From NCBI GenBank assembly GCA_048938005.1, contig JBHLMQ010000001.1, forward strand, positions 1 to 64,000: a stretch of 64,000 bases of DNA, read 5' to 3'. The stretch comes from Promethearchaeota archaeon (GTDB lineage Archaea; Asgardarchaeota; Lokiarchaeia; Sigyniarchaeales; SOKP01). The notes below the pieces were generated by a model. The model was not told where the DNA came from and made no database searches. It saw nothing but the letters and a program-made list of their open reading frames with translations. Below are positions 1 through 10,220 of this stretch, one piece after another (the stretch's first letter is position 1; every line of letters begins with the position of its first letter). The position numbers and the translations under genes are program-made.

Positions 1-117
1 GAGGGGGCAACAGATTCAATCATAATAATCCAAGCAATTGATGATAGGATTACCACCAATCCACTTGAAATCCAAAATTTATTAAGATCTTCAATTTTTC
101 GGCGTCCACATTTATAG
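1..117 (+). CDS. 3' end of a CDS entering the window (hypothetical)
   Basis: Frame 1 is open from base 1 (EGATDSIIIIQAIDDRITTNPLEIQNLLRSSIFRRPHL) to TAG at 115-117, convergent with the NUDIX gene. Confidence 0.5.
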   Translation, partial: EGATDSIIIIQAIDDRITTNPLEIQNLLRSSIFRRPHL

Positions 118-181
118 AAAAAAAATAAGATAAAAAGCAGATTTTATAATGTAAAACCTTCTTCTAAGCTAATAATCTGAA

Positions 182-619
182 TTATTTAAGGGTTAGAATT
201 CCTGATTTTTTAATAATTTCCATATGATCAAAAGCTAATTTTAAAGAGGAAATTTTTGTAAGGGGTATAAATTCTATTGCAGCAGCGTCATCTTTTGCTC
301 TTGGTTTTTCATTTTTCGTTTGTGGTCCACATAAGAAAGCAATAGAAATATTATGGCCTCTAGGATCCCTATTTGGCTCAGAAAAAACTCCAATTAATTT
401 AAGAATCTTTACTTTAATATTAGTTTCTTCATATGCTTCCCTAATACACGCTTCTTCTACCTTTTCTCCTACATCAACAAATCCTCCTGGCAATGCTAAT
501 TCCCCCTGGAAAGGAGGATTTTTTCTGCGAATTAAAACTAAATCTTTTTTATTATTTATCAGAATGACAGCATCAACAGTTATTAGTGGAGTTATAGGTT
601 TAGGCATAGTCTTATTCAT
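182..619 (-). CDS. NUDIX hydrolase (ADP-ribose pyrophosphatase-like)
   Basis: Nudix box LPGGFVDVGEKVEEACIREAYEET; RDPR and LAFDH motifs. Confidence 0.9.
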   Translation of the reverse strand: MNKTMPKPITPLITVDAVILINNKKDLVLIRRKNPPFQGELALPGGFVDVGEKVEEACIREAYEETNIKVKILKLIGVFSEPNRDPRGHNISIAFLCGPQTKNEKPRAKDDAAAIEFIPLTKISSLKLAFDHMEIIKKSGILTLK

Positions 620-1433
620 CCCATACAGCTGAGGCGAGCAGGTGTTCTATTCTTGTTTTCCTTGGCCTAATAAATTCTGTATGATGTTCCTTACGTTCAA
701 CTAATAATCCTTTCTTAAGATTGGTTGAATTGACCATATATACCTCTAAATTCCCTTCATCAAGATAAATATGATTAAAACTAGGGGAATCATCGGCACG
801 AACTTTATTTGAAGCCGAAGTACCGGAATAAAGGAAAGTTGTACTTGATGAATCCTTCCATGATATTATGTAAGAATGAGCTACGTGGCGATGACCCATC
901 AAGACCAAATCTACTTCAAATAATTGGGTGAGTTCTAAAATTTCTCCGGCATCTCGGACAGTAGTAAATTTTTGTCCTGACATTGGAATAGGGATTAGAT
1001 GATGATGTAGTGCTATTATTCTATTTTCTAAATTTTTATTAAATTGCCTTGCCGCCCAATCTAGTTGCTCGTCACCGAGCATTCCCTCGGCCATATCATC
1101 TTTTGCAGAACATAAACCTACAATTATAGTATCTTTGTCTTCAAGGAGTAACCTTGAGCGTCTAGGTCCTATAAGCTTTTCAAAAAAAATTAAGCCTGAG
1201 TTTTTAGCATCGTGATTACCAGGTACAGCAATAAAACTAGAGATTTCTTTAATTCGATTAAGATATGGTAGAAATTTCCTAAATTGGATAACTCTTCCTT
1301 TATGTACAATATCTCCTGTACAAATAACAGCATCAGGTTTAATTTCTTCTATATATTGTATTATATTTTCCATATAATCAGGAACAAATTCTGACCCGTA
1401 ATGCAAATCTGATATGTGTATAAGTTCAACCAA
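612..1433 (-). CDS. Calcineurin-like metallophosphoesterase (Icc/CpdA-like)
   Basis: Motifs SDLH, TGD, PGNHD, HHH and GHRH. Confidence 0.9.
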   Translation of the reverse strand: MVELIHISDLHYGSEFVPDYMENIIQYIEEIKPDAVICTGDIVHKGRVIQFRKFLPYLNRIKEISSFIAVPGNHDAKNSGLIFFEKLIGPRRSRLLLEDKDTIIVGLCSAKDDMAEGMLGDEQLDWAARQFNKNLENRIIALHHHLIPIPMSGQKFTTVRDAGEILELTQLFEVDLVLMGHRHVAHSYIISWKDSSSTTFLYSGTSASNKVRADDSPSFNHIYLDEGNLEVYMVNSTNLKKGLLVERKEHHTEFIRPRKTRIEHLLASAVWDE

Positions 1434-1598
1434 TTTTTAAGCACCCTATCACAATAAGTTTAGATTCTAAGAGAGAATTTCTATTAATTATAAATTTAAT
1501 AATAAGTATTAAATTTAAAATGTTTTTGATGAAAAAAAAATTCCTTAAATAAATATAATTAAAATGTAATTCTAACTCGAATAAAAACAAAAAAATGT

Positions 1599-1781
1599 TT
1601 AGTTATAACTCTCTAAAGTGAGAGATTCAATTGAAACATTGAATTTTTGTTGTAATTTACGCTGTTCTGCTAATGCTATAAGATTGTTTTCATTATTACA
1701 ATCAAAACAAATACCATTAACATTTATATGGCGTAATTCTCCACATTGTGGACAACAAAACTCTTTATATACAGCTTTCAT
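1599..1781 (-). CDS. Small zinc-finger protein
   Basis: CPQC...CFDC; AGGAG Shine-Dalgarno upstream of the ATG. Confidence 0.65.
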   Translation of the reverse strand: MKAVYKEFCCPQCGELRHINVNGICFDCNNENNLIALAEQRKLQQKFNVSIESLTLESYN

Positions 1782-2096
1782 AATATTTTTCTCCTAAATT
1801 TGTAATTTTAATATATATTTTCAATTTGATTTAATTTAGATATCTTATCGATATCTTGGTTAATTTTACTTATAATCATGTCTATAGATTTTTCGAGTGG
1901 GGTTTTAACCACTTGTTTTTTCAATTTAATATAATCTTCTTTTTGATCTATTAAGTTCAATAAAATTTGATTAAACATTTTTCATATATAGTTTCTCTAT
2001 TCTTCTTATTTATAATAAAAAAAAATAGGTTTTTAAGCTCTCTCGTTATATTATATAGAGTCTATATAGTCTATATAGAATAGTAAGTTGTTAGAA

Positions 2097-5054
2097 TTAT
2101 GCATTGCTTAATTTATGCATAATACAAGAATTAACATCATCAACACTTAAATTTTTATCATTGATAAAACCCTGCCCATAATCCTTTTTACCTCCTCCTT
2201 TTCCACCAAAGTTTTCGATGCATTCTTTAACAAGGTTTCCAATATTAATCTCAGATTCTTTAGCAGGTTTAGTACCCATCATTCCTAATACCATTATTCC
2301 CTCCTCAGTTTTATTTAAAAAAATGGAAATGAGATCTTCAGAATGCTTCATCACTCGGACTGAGAAGTTTTTCAAATCATTTTGCGATAAACTATCAAAT
2401 GATTCTATAATTAGCTTATATTTTTGAAATTTTTGAGCATTATAAACTAGATCTTTAACATAATCTTCATTAAGAAGGGTTTTCATCTGCTTAATCTTTT
2501 TTATTCCATCAGTCCATTCATCATAGAATTTTTGAATTTTACTTGGCACATCATCTTTTTTGATGTTTAAAAGTTGAGAAATTTCTGATAATACATCACC
2601 TTCGAATAATTCAGAAGAAGTTAATTGTAAATCGCTCTTGTTTATTTTTCCGGATTTAAGTGCTTTATTTATATTTTTCCATTTATCAAATAATTCTTTT
2701 ACACGTCCTACGAGTTTTTTACGATCTACACCCAGGATTACTTTTATTTCATCTAGAATTCTTTTATGCTTTTCTTTTAATTTATCTGTAGCTTTTCCTG
2801 CTACAAATGTGAGTCTAACAATACCATCTTGTATCTTTTGTGATTTTGTTATATGTATATATCCTGTTTCTGAAGTGTTATTTAAATGTGTGCCTCCACA
2901 AGCTTCAACATCAACACCAGGCACCTCAACGATTCTTAAATTTTTTCCAGGCACGGCTCCTCCTTGATATATTGTCATACCATATTTTTGTTCTGCTTCA
3001 CTACGAGGTATAAAGTCTAGGTGAACATCGATGCTTTTTTCAACTATTTCATTAGCTTTCTTTTCGATTTCAAGAAGTTTTTCTCTAGGAATTTGTTCAT
3101 AATGGGTTATATCTAAATGAGAATTTTTTAATGTTTTTTTTGCTCCTGCTTGATTAACATGACTTCCTAAAACTTCTCGTGCTGCTGCATTTACAATGTG
3201 AGTAGCAGTGTGATGTTGGGAGAGTTGAGTACGCCATTCTTTATCAACTTCTATCTTAACGATATCTCCTTCTTTAAAATTAGGGGTCTCATCTAAAACA
3301 TGAACAGTATAATTCCCTTGTTTAAAAGCATCAGAAAATCTTTGTCCGTTTATCTTTCCTATATCATGAAGTTGCCCTCCAGAAGTGGGGTAAGCTACAG
3401 TTTTATCTAGAACAACCATATTATCAATAATTTTCAATACTTTTGCATCATTAGAAGTCTCAGTATAATCATAATAATAAAGAGATTTTGTTTCAGGGAT
3501 TCCTTCTAAATCTAATTCAATTTCTTTTCCAGTAGCATGGACTTGTTCAGCGATTTCATGCCTTTCAACAACTAAGCTATAAAAATCGTCTGGGATATTT
3601 ATCTTTACACCATACTTTTTAGCGGCTGTTTTTACCATATCAGGACTTATACCATTAGAGTCATATAATTCAATAATAGTTTCAGTTGAAATATCTCCCT
3701 TTTTCAGGATTTTTTCCAAAATTTTTCCCGCTTTTTTCTTAGTGGTATAAAATTTCTCTCTTTCAACATTTAAGATTTCTCGAATTTCATCTAAGTGTTC
3801 TGAAACCTCGGGGAAAATTCCTTCTAATTCTTCTGCATGCCATTGGCAGACATTTGCCATATCAATATCCCAATTAAATTTGTCGATAAAACTTATAGCA
3901 CGTCGAAATATTACTCTTAAATTATAGCCTCCACCAACGTTAGAAGGCAACTTTCCATCATTGATAGCAAATAATAAAGTGCGAGCGTGCTCCGCGATAG
4001 AGTAAAGAGCTGTCATAGGCATTATTTTAGATCTTAGTTCCTTTAATCCTATTTTCAACTCTTTAGCTACTCGTTCCCAGGCTTCATCCATATCATCTAC
4101 TTCATCGATATTTAAGTAAGCTGAATACTGAGAAAATTGATTATATAACTCTAAATCTAATTCTATTTTTGTAATCTCTCTTAATTTATTTAACACGTAA
4201 GGAAAAATAGCTTCATACATATTGGGAGTGCCTTGAGAAAACCACGCAACACGTTCCTGACCAAGTCCCATATCAAGAACTTTAAGTTTAAGTTCTCGTG
4301 GTCCTGCAGAAGTTTGCTCAAACATTGTATAAACTTGATTAAAAAGCTCTACACCTCTGCTAAAAAATTCAAGACTACACCCAAAAGAACCACCACCTGC
4401 CCATGAATCTTCATGTATTGTTATTTCTTCCTTTACAAGACCCACGCCTACATGAATAAAGTCATGTATATCCATAAAAAGCTCACCCTGATTCCATTCT
4501 TCTGGGGGTACAAATGAATGTTGCCCTATCATTACGAAACCTGTGTTGTGAGCTCCTGTAATCCCAACATTTTCAATATCATTGAATCTTAAACAAAATT
4601 GAGGGATTAATAGCTTTTTAGCAGGAGGTTCTACTTCTCCTGTGATAACATAAGGTTGAAACGCCGATATTGATGCGATTGTAAATTCAGATGTTGGATT
4701 CCATCGAGCTACACATGGATATCTTTTAATTGGAACATAGCCCCGTGGTTCTAAAATCTCAACGATTTTTTCCCAAACACCAATAAAAGACAATTTTACT
4801 TGAGAAGGATTATCAATAACAACTTGAAATCCTCCTGAACATACAGGATCTCCACAAACTTCCCTTTCTTTAAGTGTAGTCCAGAAAAATGTTCCACAAA
4901 ATTCACATTTTTTTCTTATATACCCTAATTCTTTAAGTTCTTTAGTAGGAAAGTAAGAATCTGGATTTTTTGAGGCAATTATTTTAAAAATTCTTTTTAA
5001 GTCTTTATCAGTCTGCGCTGTTTTAAGTACCTCTTGTTCTTCCTCAGAAATCAT
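2097..5054 (-). CDS. alaS: Alanine--tRNA ligase, archaeal type
   Basis: N-terminal CxxC Zn motif; ASISAFQP and LDMGLGQER; editing motifs HHTATH and CGGTH; C-terminal DHHA1 GGKGGG. Confidence 0.97.
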   Translation of the reverse strand: MISEEEQEVLKTAQTDKDLKRIFKIIASKNPDSYFPTKELKELGYIRKKCEFCGTFFWTTLKEREVCGDPVCSGGFQVVIDNPSQVKLSFIGVWEKIVEILEPRGYVPIKRYPCVARWNPTSEFTIASISAFQPYVITGEVEPPAKKLLIPQFCLRFNDIENVGITGAHNTGFVMIGQHSFVPPEEWNQGELFMDIHDFIHVGVGLVKEEITIHEDSWAGGGSFGCSLEFFSRGVELFNQVYTMFEQTSAGPRELKLKVLDMGLGQERVAWFSQGTPNMYEAIFPYVLNKLREITKIELDLELYNQFSQYSAYLNIDEVDDMDEAWERVAKELKIGLKELRSKIMPMTALYSIAEHARTLLFAINDGKLPSNVGGGYNLRVIFRRAISFIDKFNWDIDMANVCQWHAEELEGIFPEVSEHLDEIREILNVEREKFYTTKKKAGKILEKILKKGDISTETIIELYDSNGISPDMVKTAAKKYGVKINIPDDFYSLVVERHEIAEQVHATGKEIELDLEGIPETKSLYYYDYTETSNDAKVLKIIDNMVVLDKTVAYPTSGGQLHDIGKINGQRFSDAFKQGNYTVHVLDETPNFKEGDIVKIEVDKEWRTQLSQHHTATHIVNAAAREVLGSHVNQAGAKKTLKNSHLDITHYEQIPREKLLEIEKKANEIVEKSIDVHLDFIPRSEAEQKYGMTIYQGGAVPGKNLRIVEVPGVDVEACGGTHLNNTSETGYIHITKSQKIQDGIVRLTFVAGKATDKLKEKHKRILDEIKVILGVDRKKLVGRVKELFDKWKNINKALKSGKINKSDLQLTSSELFEGDVLSEISQLLNIKKDDVPSKIQKFYDEWTDGIKKIKQMKTLLNEDYVKDLVYNAQKFQKYKLIIESFDSLSQNDLKNFSVRVMKHSEDLISIFLNKTEEGIMVLGMMGTKPAKESEINIGNLVKECIENFGGKGGGKKDYGQGFINDKNLSVDDVNSCIMHKLSNA

Positions 5055-5247
5055 ATTTATCAGTAGGTAATTTTCGAGAATTTTTCTTTGTATTAAATAA
5101 AAGAATTTATTTTCTCCTAAAACATTTACTTTTAAGAGATTATTATTTCATATTTTTTAATTTTTTTAAAAATGTAAAAATTTTTATAACGATTCATTAT
5201 AACTATTCTTACTAATCTAATATTTAATATTCATAATTAAAATAGAG

Positions 5248-5559
5248 GTGAATTGCCAAATGGTTTATGCTATGAGTAAAGTTAAATATCCTTTTCATAT
5301 AGCAGATGATATATTAAAGTTTTATCTTTCTGAAAAAGCACCAAAATATCCTGATTTTGTAAAGAGAACACACCAATGGGTAGTATCAGATTATAAGGTT
5401 AAGATTTATAATATATATGAAATTCCTGAGGATAAACTATATGAAGGTATGAAAGGAATAGCTAAGCGTCTTATTGCTTTTACTAGATTTGAAGGATATG
5501 TATACAAAGTAATGAGTTTAATGGAAGGACCTGAAGCAATAAAATTGTATCAGGAATAA
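5248..5559 (+). CDS. Hypothetical protein (true start may be the ATG at 5260)
   Basis: 103-aa ORF with GAGGTGA upstream of the ATG; no motif recognised. Confidence 0.7.
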   Translation: MNCQMVYAMSKVKYPFHIADDILKFYLSEKAPKYPDFVKRTHQWVVSDYKVKIYNIYEIPEDKLYEGMKGIAKRLIAFTRFEGYVYKVMSLMEGPEAIKLYQE

Positions 5560-5577
5560 AATTTTAAATAATTTTTT

Positions 5578-6036
5578 TTATATTTCTAATGTTTGGAGAC
5601 GAGTATATCCTTTTTTAATAAAATCATAATCAAGCAATTCTATTTTTTCTGGAATTATTTTTAGAATCAATTTTCTTTTTCCTCGTACAATTTTTTGTGC
5701 TTTTTCGAATCCTTCATCACCTTCTTTTAAAAATATCAATCTATGCTTACCTGAAGCTGTAATCTGCATTCCTTGGATTTTACCCTCGGATAGTGGTGTA
5801 TATATACCAATACTAATGTTTGGATTTTCTTCCATATTTTTAATTTTCCTTCCTGGAGCTGGACCTACATAAATATTAAAGTTATCTTTCTCTGTATAAT
5901 AATCCATTGGGGTTGCACGAGGTATATTATTACTACAAGTACAGAGGACTAATACTTTCCTTTTATCTAAAAAGTTGCGTATTTCTTTTTTAAGATCTTC
6001 CTGAGACATTTTTTGTTTACTCATTCTCAAAATCAC
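5578..6036 (-). CDS. Pyridoxamine 5'-phosphate oxidase-like (split-barrel flavin-binding) protein
   Basis: LVLCTCSNNIPRATPMDY and RKIKNMEENPNISIGI patterns. Confidence 0.8.
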   Translation of the reverse strand: MILRMSKQKMSQEDLKKEIRNFLDKRKVLVLCTCSNNIPRATPMDYYTEKDNFNIYVGPAPGRKIKNMEENPNISIGIYTPLSEGKIQGMQITASGKHRLIFLKEGDEGFEKAQKIVRGKRKLILKIIPEKIELLDYDFIKKGYTRLQTLEI

Positions 6037-6121
6037 TTATTTATTCAATTTTTAATTGTAATAGAAAATGAATAAAAGCAGATAAATCTTTAAAGACTGG
6101 TAGAAAAATAGTAATTCTTTT

Positions 6122-7282
6122 TTAAAACCCAACTATGTTAGTTTGTGAAAAATCAAGATCTGAATCTACAGCCGCTCGTACATATGGTGATACAGGTCCA
6201 TTTGCTAGAACCATTATTTTTATTTTTGATCCCATATCAGGTTTATTTTGAACTCCAAATTTTAATTGAGCTTCTTCAGGAATCTCATTTGAAATGGTTG
6301 AAACTACTTTATCAACTTTAGAAAGAGTTAAAGTGTGATCACCAGTAACGGATACTAAACATCTGTTTACTTGTTTTGGATCTGGTTTCAAAAGAGGATT
6401 ATTCAAAGCTAATTTCGCTTTTTCGATTAATTCTGATTCGTCTCCTAAAGATTCTGCTATACCCACTAATCCGGAAGGATATTTTCCAGTAGGGTTTTCT
6501 AGTAGAGTCTTTTTCACATCTGCAAAATCAATGTTAACTAAACCGCAATTATTAATTAGATTTACAACTTCAGCAATATTTCTTATTAGAATTTCATCCA
6601 TAATTTTAAATCCTGTTATCATAGGAATTTTACCGACAATTTCTAACAAATTGTCATTTGGAATTGGAATTAGAAAATCTGAATATTTGGCAAGATTTTT
6701 TAAGCCGAGTTGTGCTCTTGCTGATCGTTGTTTGCCTTCAGAGTTAAATGGAAGTGAACAAAAAGTAACAACTATAGCTTTATTTTTTTTTGCTTCTTCA
6801 GCAATAATCGGGGCTGCTCCAGTACCTGTACCACCTCCTAGACCACATGTTAGAAATATAATATCTGCATTTAAAGTTTGATTTAGCCTTTCACGATCTT
6901 CTTCAGCAGCTTTAGCACCAATTTTAGGGTCATTTCCTGAACCTAATCCGTTACACTGCTCTTTTCCAATTAAAATTTTATGTTTTGAACTCGAATAATA
7001 TAAGTCGTGTGCATCAGTATTAATATTTATAGTGTCAGCATGGCTAATACCCATATCTTCTAACCGAGAGACCGTATTATTACCAGCGCCCCCAACACCA
7101 ACAACAAAAGTTTTAATCTTTAAAACTTTTAATAAATCTGCTAAAAATTTATCATCATCACAATGGGTGTTTGAATTAGGACTTTGGTTTGCTTGGGCAA
7201 TTTCATTGAATCTTTCTCTTACTGAGGATCGTTTTTTAGCCAATTCAACCAAATCAAAAATGTCATCACTCATGAAATTCAA
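6122..7282 (-). CDS. ftsZ: Cell division protein FtsZ
   Basis: GVGGAGNN, INTD, GLGSGNDP, tubulin signature GLGGGTGTG, PFxxEG and T7 loop NIDFAD. Confidence 0.95.
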   Translation of the reverse strand: MNFMSDDIFDLVELAKKRSSVRERFNEIAQANQSPNSNTHCDDDKFLADLLKVLKIKTFVVGVGGAGNNTVSRLEDMGISHADTININTDAHDLYYSSSKHKILIGKEQCNGLGSGNDPKIGAKAAEEDRERLNQTLNADIIFLTCGLGGGTGTGAAPIIAEEAKKNKAIVVTFCSLPFNSEGKQRSARAQLGLKNLAKYSDFLIPIPNDNLLEIVGKIPMITGFKIMDEILIRNIAEVVNLINNCGLVNIDFADVKKTLLENPTGKYPSGLVGIAESLGDESELIEKAKLALNNPLLKPDPKQVNRCLVSVTGDHTLTLSKVDKVVSTISNEIPEEAQLKFGVQNKPDMGSKIKIMVLANGPVSPYVRAAVDSDLDFSQTNIVGF

Positions 7283-7302
7283 TCCAAAAAAGTGAAGTTT
7301 TT

Positions 7303-7367
7303 ATAATACGAGAACGATATCAGAATAATATATGAAAGTAATATGAAGATAATACGACAGAGATATC
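7303..7367. repeat. Imperfect 19-bp direct repeat pair upstream of ftsZ (candidate operator)
   Basis: ATAATACGA-gaac-GATATC (7303-7321) and ATAATACGA-caga-GATATC (7349-7367), 46 bp apart. Confidence 0.55.
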
Positions 7368-7520
7368 TAATCTCCATTCTAAAGGTTTTTTTCCTATCGT
7401 CATAAGCTATTCAATCTCTTTTTAAATCATTTTTTTCGTTTGAAAAAGAAGACAAACCATTGTAGAGAATAAATTTATAAACCTAAATTTTCATGATTAT
7501 CATGCTTAGGGGCATATAAT

Positions 7521-7760
7521 ATGGAAATTGATAATACTAAAGATGGCAGCGATAAACCTGTTGATGCTTCAGAGCACAGCGATTTAGTTTATGTAAGAGC
7601 TATTATCAGCTGTGAGCATTGTGGCTATAAAAAAAAATTCAGAAATCAATTTCCTCGAAATCAGATGGAACTTTTAGTCGTTGCTACAAAGATCTTCGAA
7701 TGGCTTGTTTGCGATAAATGTGGAGATCTATTGAAATTAGATTTGGAGTTTCAGATTTAG
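7521..7760 (+). CDS. Small zinc-ribbon protein
   Basis: CEHC...CDKC pair; divergent from ftsZ. Confidence 0.75.
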   Translation: MEIDNTKDGSDKPVDASEHSDLVYVRAIISCEHCGYKKKFRNQFPRNQMELLVVATKIFEWLVCDKCGDLLKLDLEFQI

Positions 7761-7784
7761 AAAACTTATATTAACTTTTATAAT

Positions 7785-9095
7785 TTAAATATCAAGACTT
7801 ATTTGTCCATATGTACCTCCTCCTCCAGGAGTATACTCAACCTTATCATTTCTAAGGGCTTTTATAATTAAAGCAATATTTTTATTAAAAAACTCAATTT
7901 TAGGAATAGGAGTATCAATTAGTATCTCAAATTCCTTTCCAAGTTCTTCAATTATTTTATTATAGTCATTTAGAACTGTCTTACTTGTTGTACTTTTGAT
8001 ACCTTTCACAGCTCGAATAATATCAATTAATGGTACAGCATTAATATATGGAGGTCTATGATCTGGATGTTTAGGTTCTTTGTATGTAGAAATTTTTTCA
8101 ATCCTTTCACTCACTCCCAATTTAACTTTAAAATTTTTATTTAAGTGCTCTCTACATGCCGGACAGTGTACTTTATTTTTAGAAACTTGTTCTAAATAAT
8201 CTAATCTTGAAGAAGTAGGGTCTATTGAGTAATATATAATAAAGTTATCAGTTATTGAATATTGATTAAAGATTTTACTTACTTGTTTTTTCACTTTCTT
8301 AAATAAGATCCTTCTCCTACATTTATTACAGAACATAACATAGTATTTTCCAAGTTTAGGATTTAATCCTACATTTAATATAATTTTTCGTCCATTTTTC
8401 TTTTGTATTGCTTGTAAGATCTCATTAAAAGAGGGATTATCAATATCAAATCTGTTAAATTCTCTGCCTAAGGAACGAGGATCCTGTGAGTGGGCATCAC
8501 TATTGCTTAGAAAAGTCACATCTTTCAAACACTCTAATCTATCTGCGAGATCAGTATTAGCAGAAAGTCCTAATTCAATGAAACAAATTTTCTTTGTTGC
8601 ATCAGCATAACATTCTTCAAGTGTTTTAAATTTGTTTTGTCGAAAAATTGCTTTAAAAGGTGTGAAGGCGTGAGCAGGACCAATCAAGGCACCCTCATCT
8701 GAGACAACTTCGGCCAATTCTGCTGGGGATAGATTAACCCTTGGCCGACCACCCCACTCATCCAAAATATTTTTTGAGTAAGGCTCTAATTTCATTTGAA
8801 TATTTCTTACCATATCGAAATCTTCGAAAAAGACGAGTTCATGCACACTCTCTTGATCTTCTATTTCAGTTTGAAGAATAAAATAAGTATCCTTATAACA
8901 ATAAGCGCCATCTTGATTTTTTTCTAAATTATTCTCCAAGTAATTCAGCCATGATGGTTGTAATACATCCCCCGTACCTAATATATTTAAACCTTTTTTT
9001 TTACAAGTATCGATCATCGTGTCAATATTTAGTGATTTCGACACTCCTATTGAATGTGGAGAATGTATATGTAAATCTGCGTTGTAAATATCCAT
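7785..9095 (-). CDS. PHP-domain / Zn-finger nuclease (EndoQ, TIGR00375-like)
   Basis: ADLHIHS, GPAHAFTP, SNSDAHS, LGKY..CxxC..CxxC, GVSERI and PGGGGTYG. Confidence 0.88.
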   Translation of the reverse strand: MDIYNADLHIHSPHSIGVSKSLNIDTMIDTCKKKGLNILGTGDVLQPSWLNYLENNLEKNQDGAYCYKDTYFILQTEIEDQESVHELVFFEDFDMVRNIQMKLEPYSKNILDEWGGRPRVNLSPAELAEVVSDEGALIGPAHAFTPFKAIFRQNKFKTLEECYADATKKICFIELGLSANTDLADRLECLKDVTFLSNSDAHSQDPRSLGREFNRFDIDNPSFNEILQAIQKKNGRKIILNVGLNPKLGKYYVMFCNKCRRRILFKKVKKQVSKIFNQYSITDNFIIYYSIDPTSSRLDYLEQVSKNKVHCPACREHLNKNFKVKLGVSERIEKISTYKEPKHPDHRPPYINAVPLIDIIRAVKGIKSTTSKTVLNDYNKIIEELGKEFEILIDTPIPKIEFFNKNIALIIKALRNDKVEYTPGGGGTYGQISLDI

Positions 9096-9162
9096 TTCTT
9101 TTAATAAAATTAATTCTATAAATATTTTAATTTAAAATGAAATAAGAGTCTTTTATTTAATA

Positions 9163-10209
9163 TTAAATAATGATCATTTTATCATGAATTGGATTACTTA
9201 ATAAAATCCTAAAGTATTCCTTTTCATTCTTGAAATTTACTTTTTCTAACTTTCCCTCAACGAATACAGTTTCTTTCTCTCTAGCATGTTCACAAAAACG
9301 GCCTCTGAATGAATTTATTTCATGTAATTCTTTTATATTGATAGAATTTGGAGTAATACTACTTTCGATAATTTTAAGAGGTTTTATTTTGTATGAACAA
9401 GGTGTAAAAATTGAATCTTTTGAATCAAGAATTACAGCTTTGAGTTTAATTCTCCCAATATTCTTGTATTGATAATCATAAAAATTCCCTTTCCAATCTT
9501 TTGAACTTTTAATATATCTAATAAAGAAATCATGATCCATAAATTTCCCTTGATGTTGCTTCCTTTTTTCACTTTTCATAAAGTCTTCAAATGAAATATT
9601 AGAACCACCAACTCTCCAATCATAATGAGTTCTATATTCATCCGTTGTATACTTCCTACAATCATCTGATTTTTTAAATATCTTTTTTAATATTTCTTGA
9701 AATTTTATACTTGTTTCTGTACCATATATTACTAGATCAGTATCAGAATCTTCAGTATTCAATCCGACCATAACTGATCCAGTAATTCCAATTGAATTCT
9801 CGGAAAGATGTCCTTCATTAATAAATAATTCACATAGGCTCTTAGAACGTTTTTCACTGTTGGATAAATAAGTTTTTTTTAATAAATCTTTAAAGAAGGT
9901 CCTAGGAGTATAAATTCTTTTAATTTCAGCTTTTTTAACTCCTTGAACTTCCAAATCCAGTTCTTCACAAAAGAAAAGGTGTTTAGGATATTTTTTTTTC
10001 AAAAGATCATATCGTTCGTTTAATTTGTAAATTTTTCTAAAACAAATTCCATTTTTTTTTCTTTCTCCATCTGGATGAGGAATAAATCGTAAAAAGGATA
10101 TGATATAATCATTTGGATGAAAAAGACCTTTTACATCAAAAAACAAATTATCATTTTTTGTTTCTATATAATCTCCTTCAATTGCATTTACAATCCTCAT
10201 AAATTTCAC
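9163..10209 (-). CDS. Archaeal nucleotidyltransferase-domain protein (COG1665-like)
   Basis: GITGS...DSDTDLVIYG Pol-beta NTase motif; C-terminal OB-like region. Confidence 0.8.
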   Translation of the reverse strand: MKFMRIVNAIEGDYIETKNDNLFFDVKGLFHPNDYIISFLRFIPHPDGERKKNGICFRKIYKLNERYDLLKKKYPKHLFFCEELDLEVQGVKKAEIKRIYTPRTFFKDLLKKTYLSNSEKRSKSLCELFINEGHLSENSIGITGSVMVGLNTEDSDTDLVIYGTETSIKFQEILKKIFKKSDDCRKYTTDEYRTHYDWRVGGSNISFEDFMKSEKRKQHQGKFMDHDFFIRYIKSSKDWKGNFYDYQYKNIGRIKLKAVILDSKDSIFTPCSYKIKPLKIIESSITPNSINIKELHEINSFRGRFCEHAREKETVFVEGKLEKVNFKNEKEYFRILLSNPIHDKMIII

Positions 10210-10220
10210 AAAATTTGTAA

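Noticed and set aside
2218-2967. Plus-strand ORFs inside alaS, and similar antisense or alternate-frame ORFs inside ftsZ, JAMM, GDH, the GH94-like gene, sulfatase and ilvD
   Set aside because: Shadows of well-supported genes, with no independent motifs.
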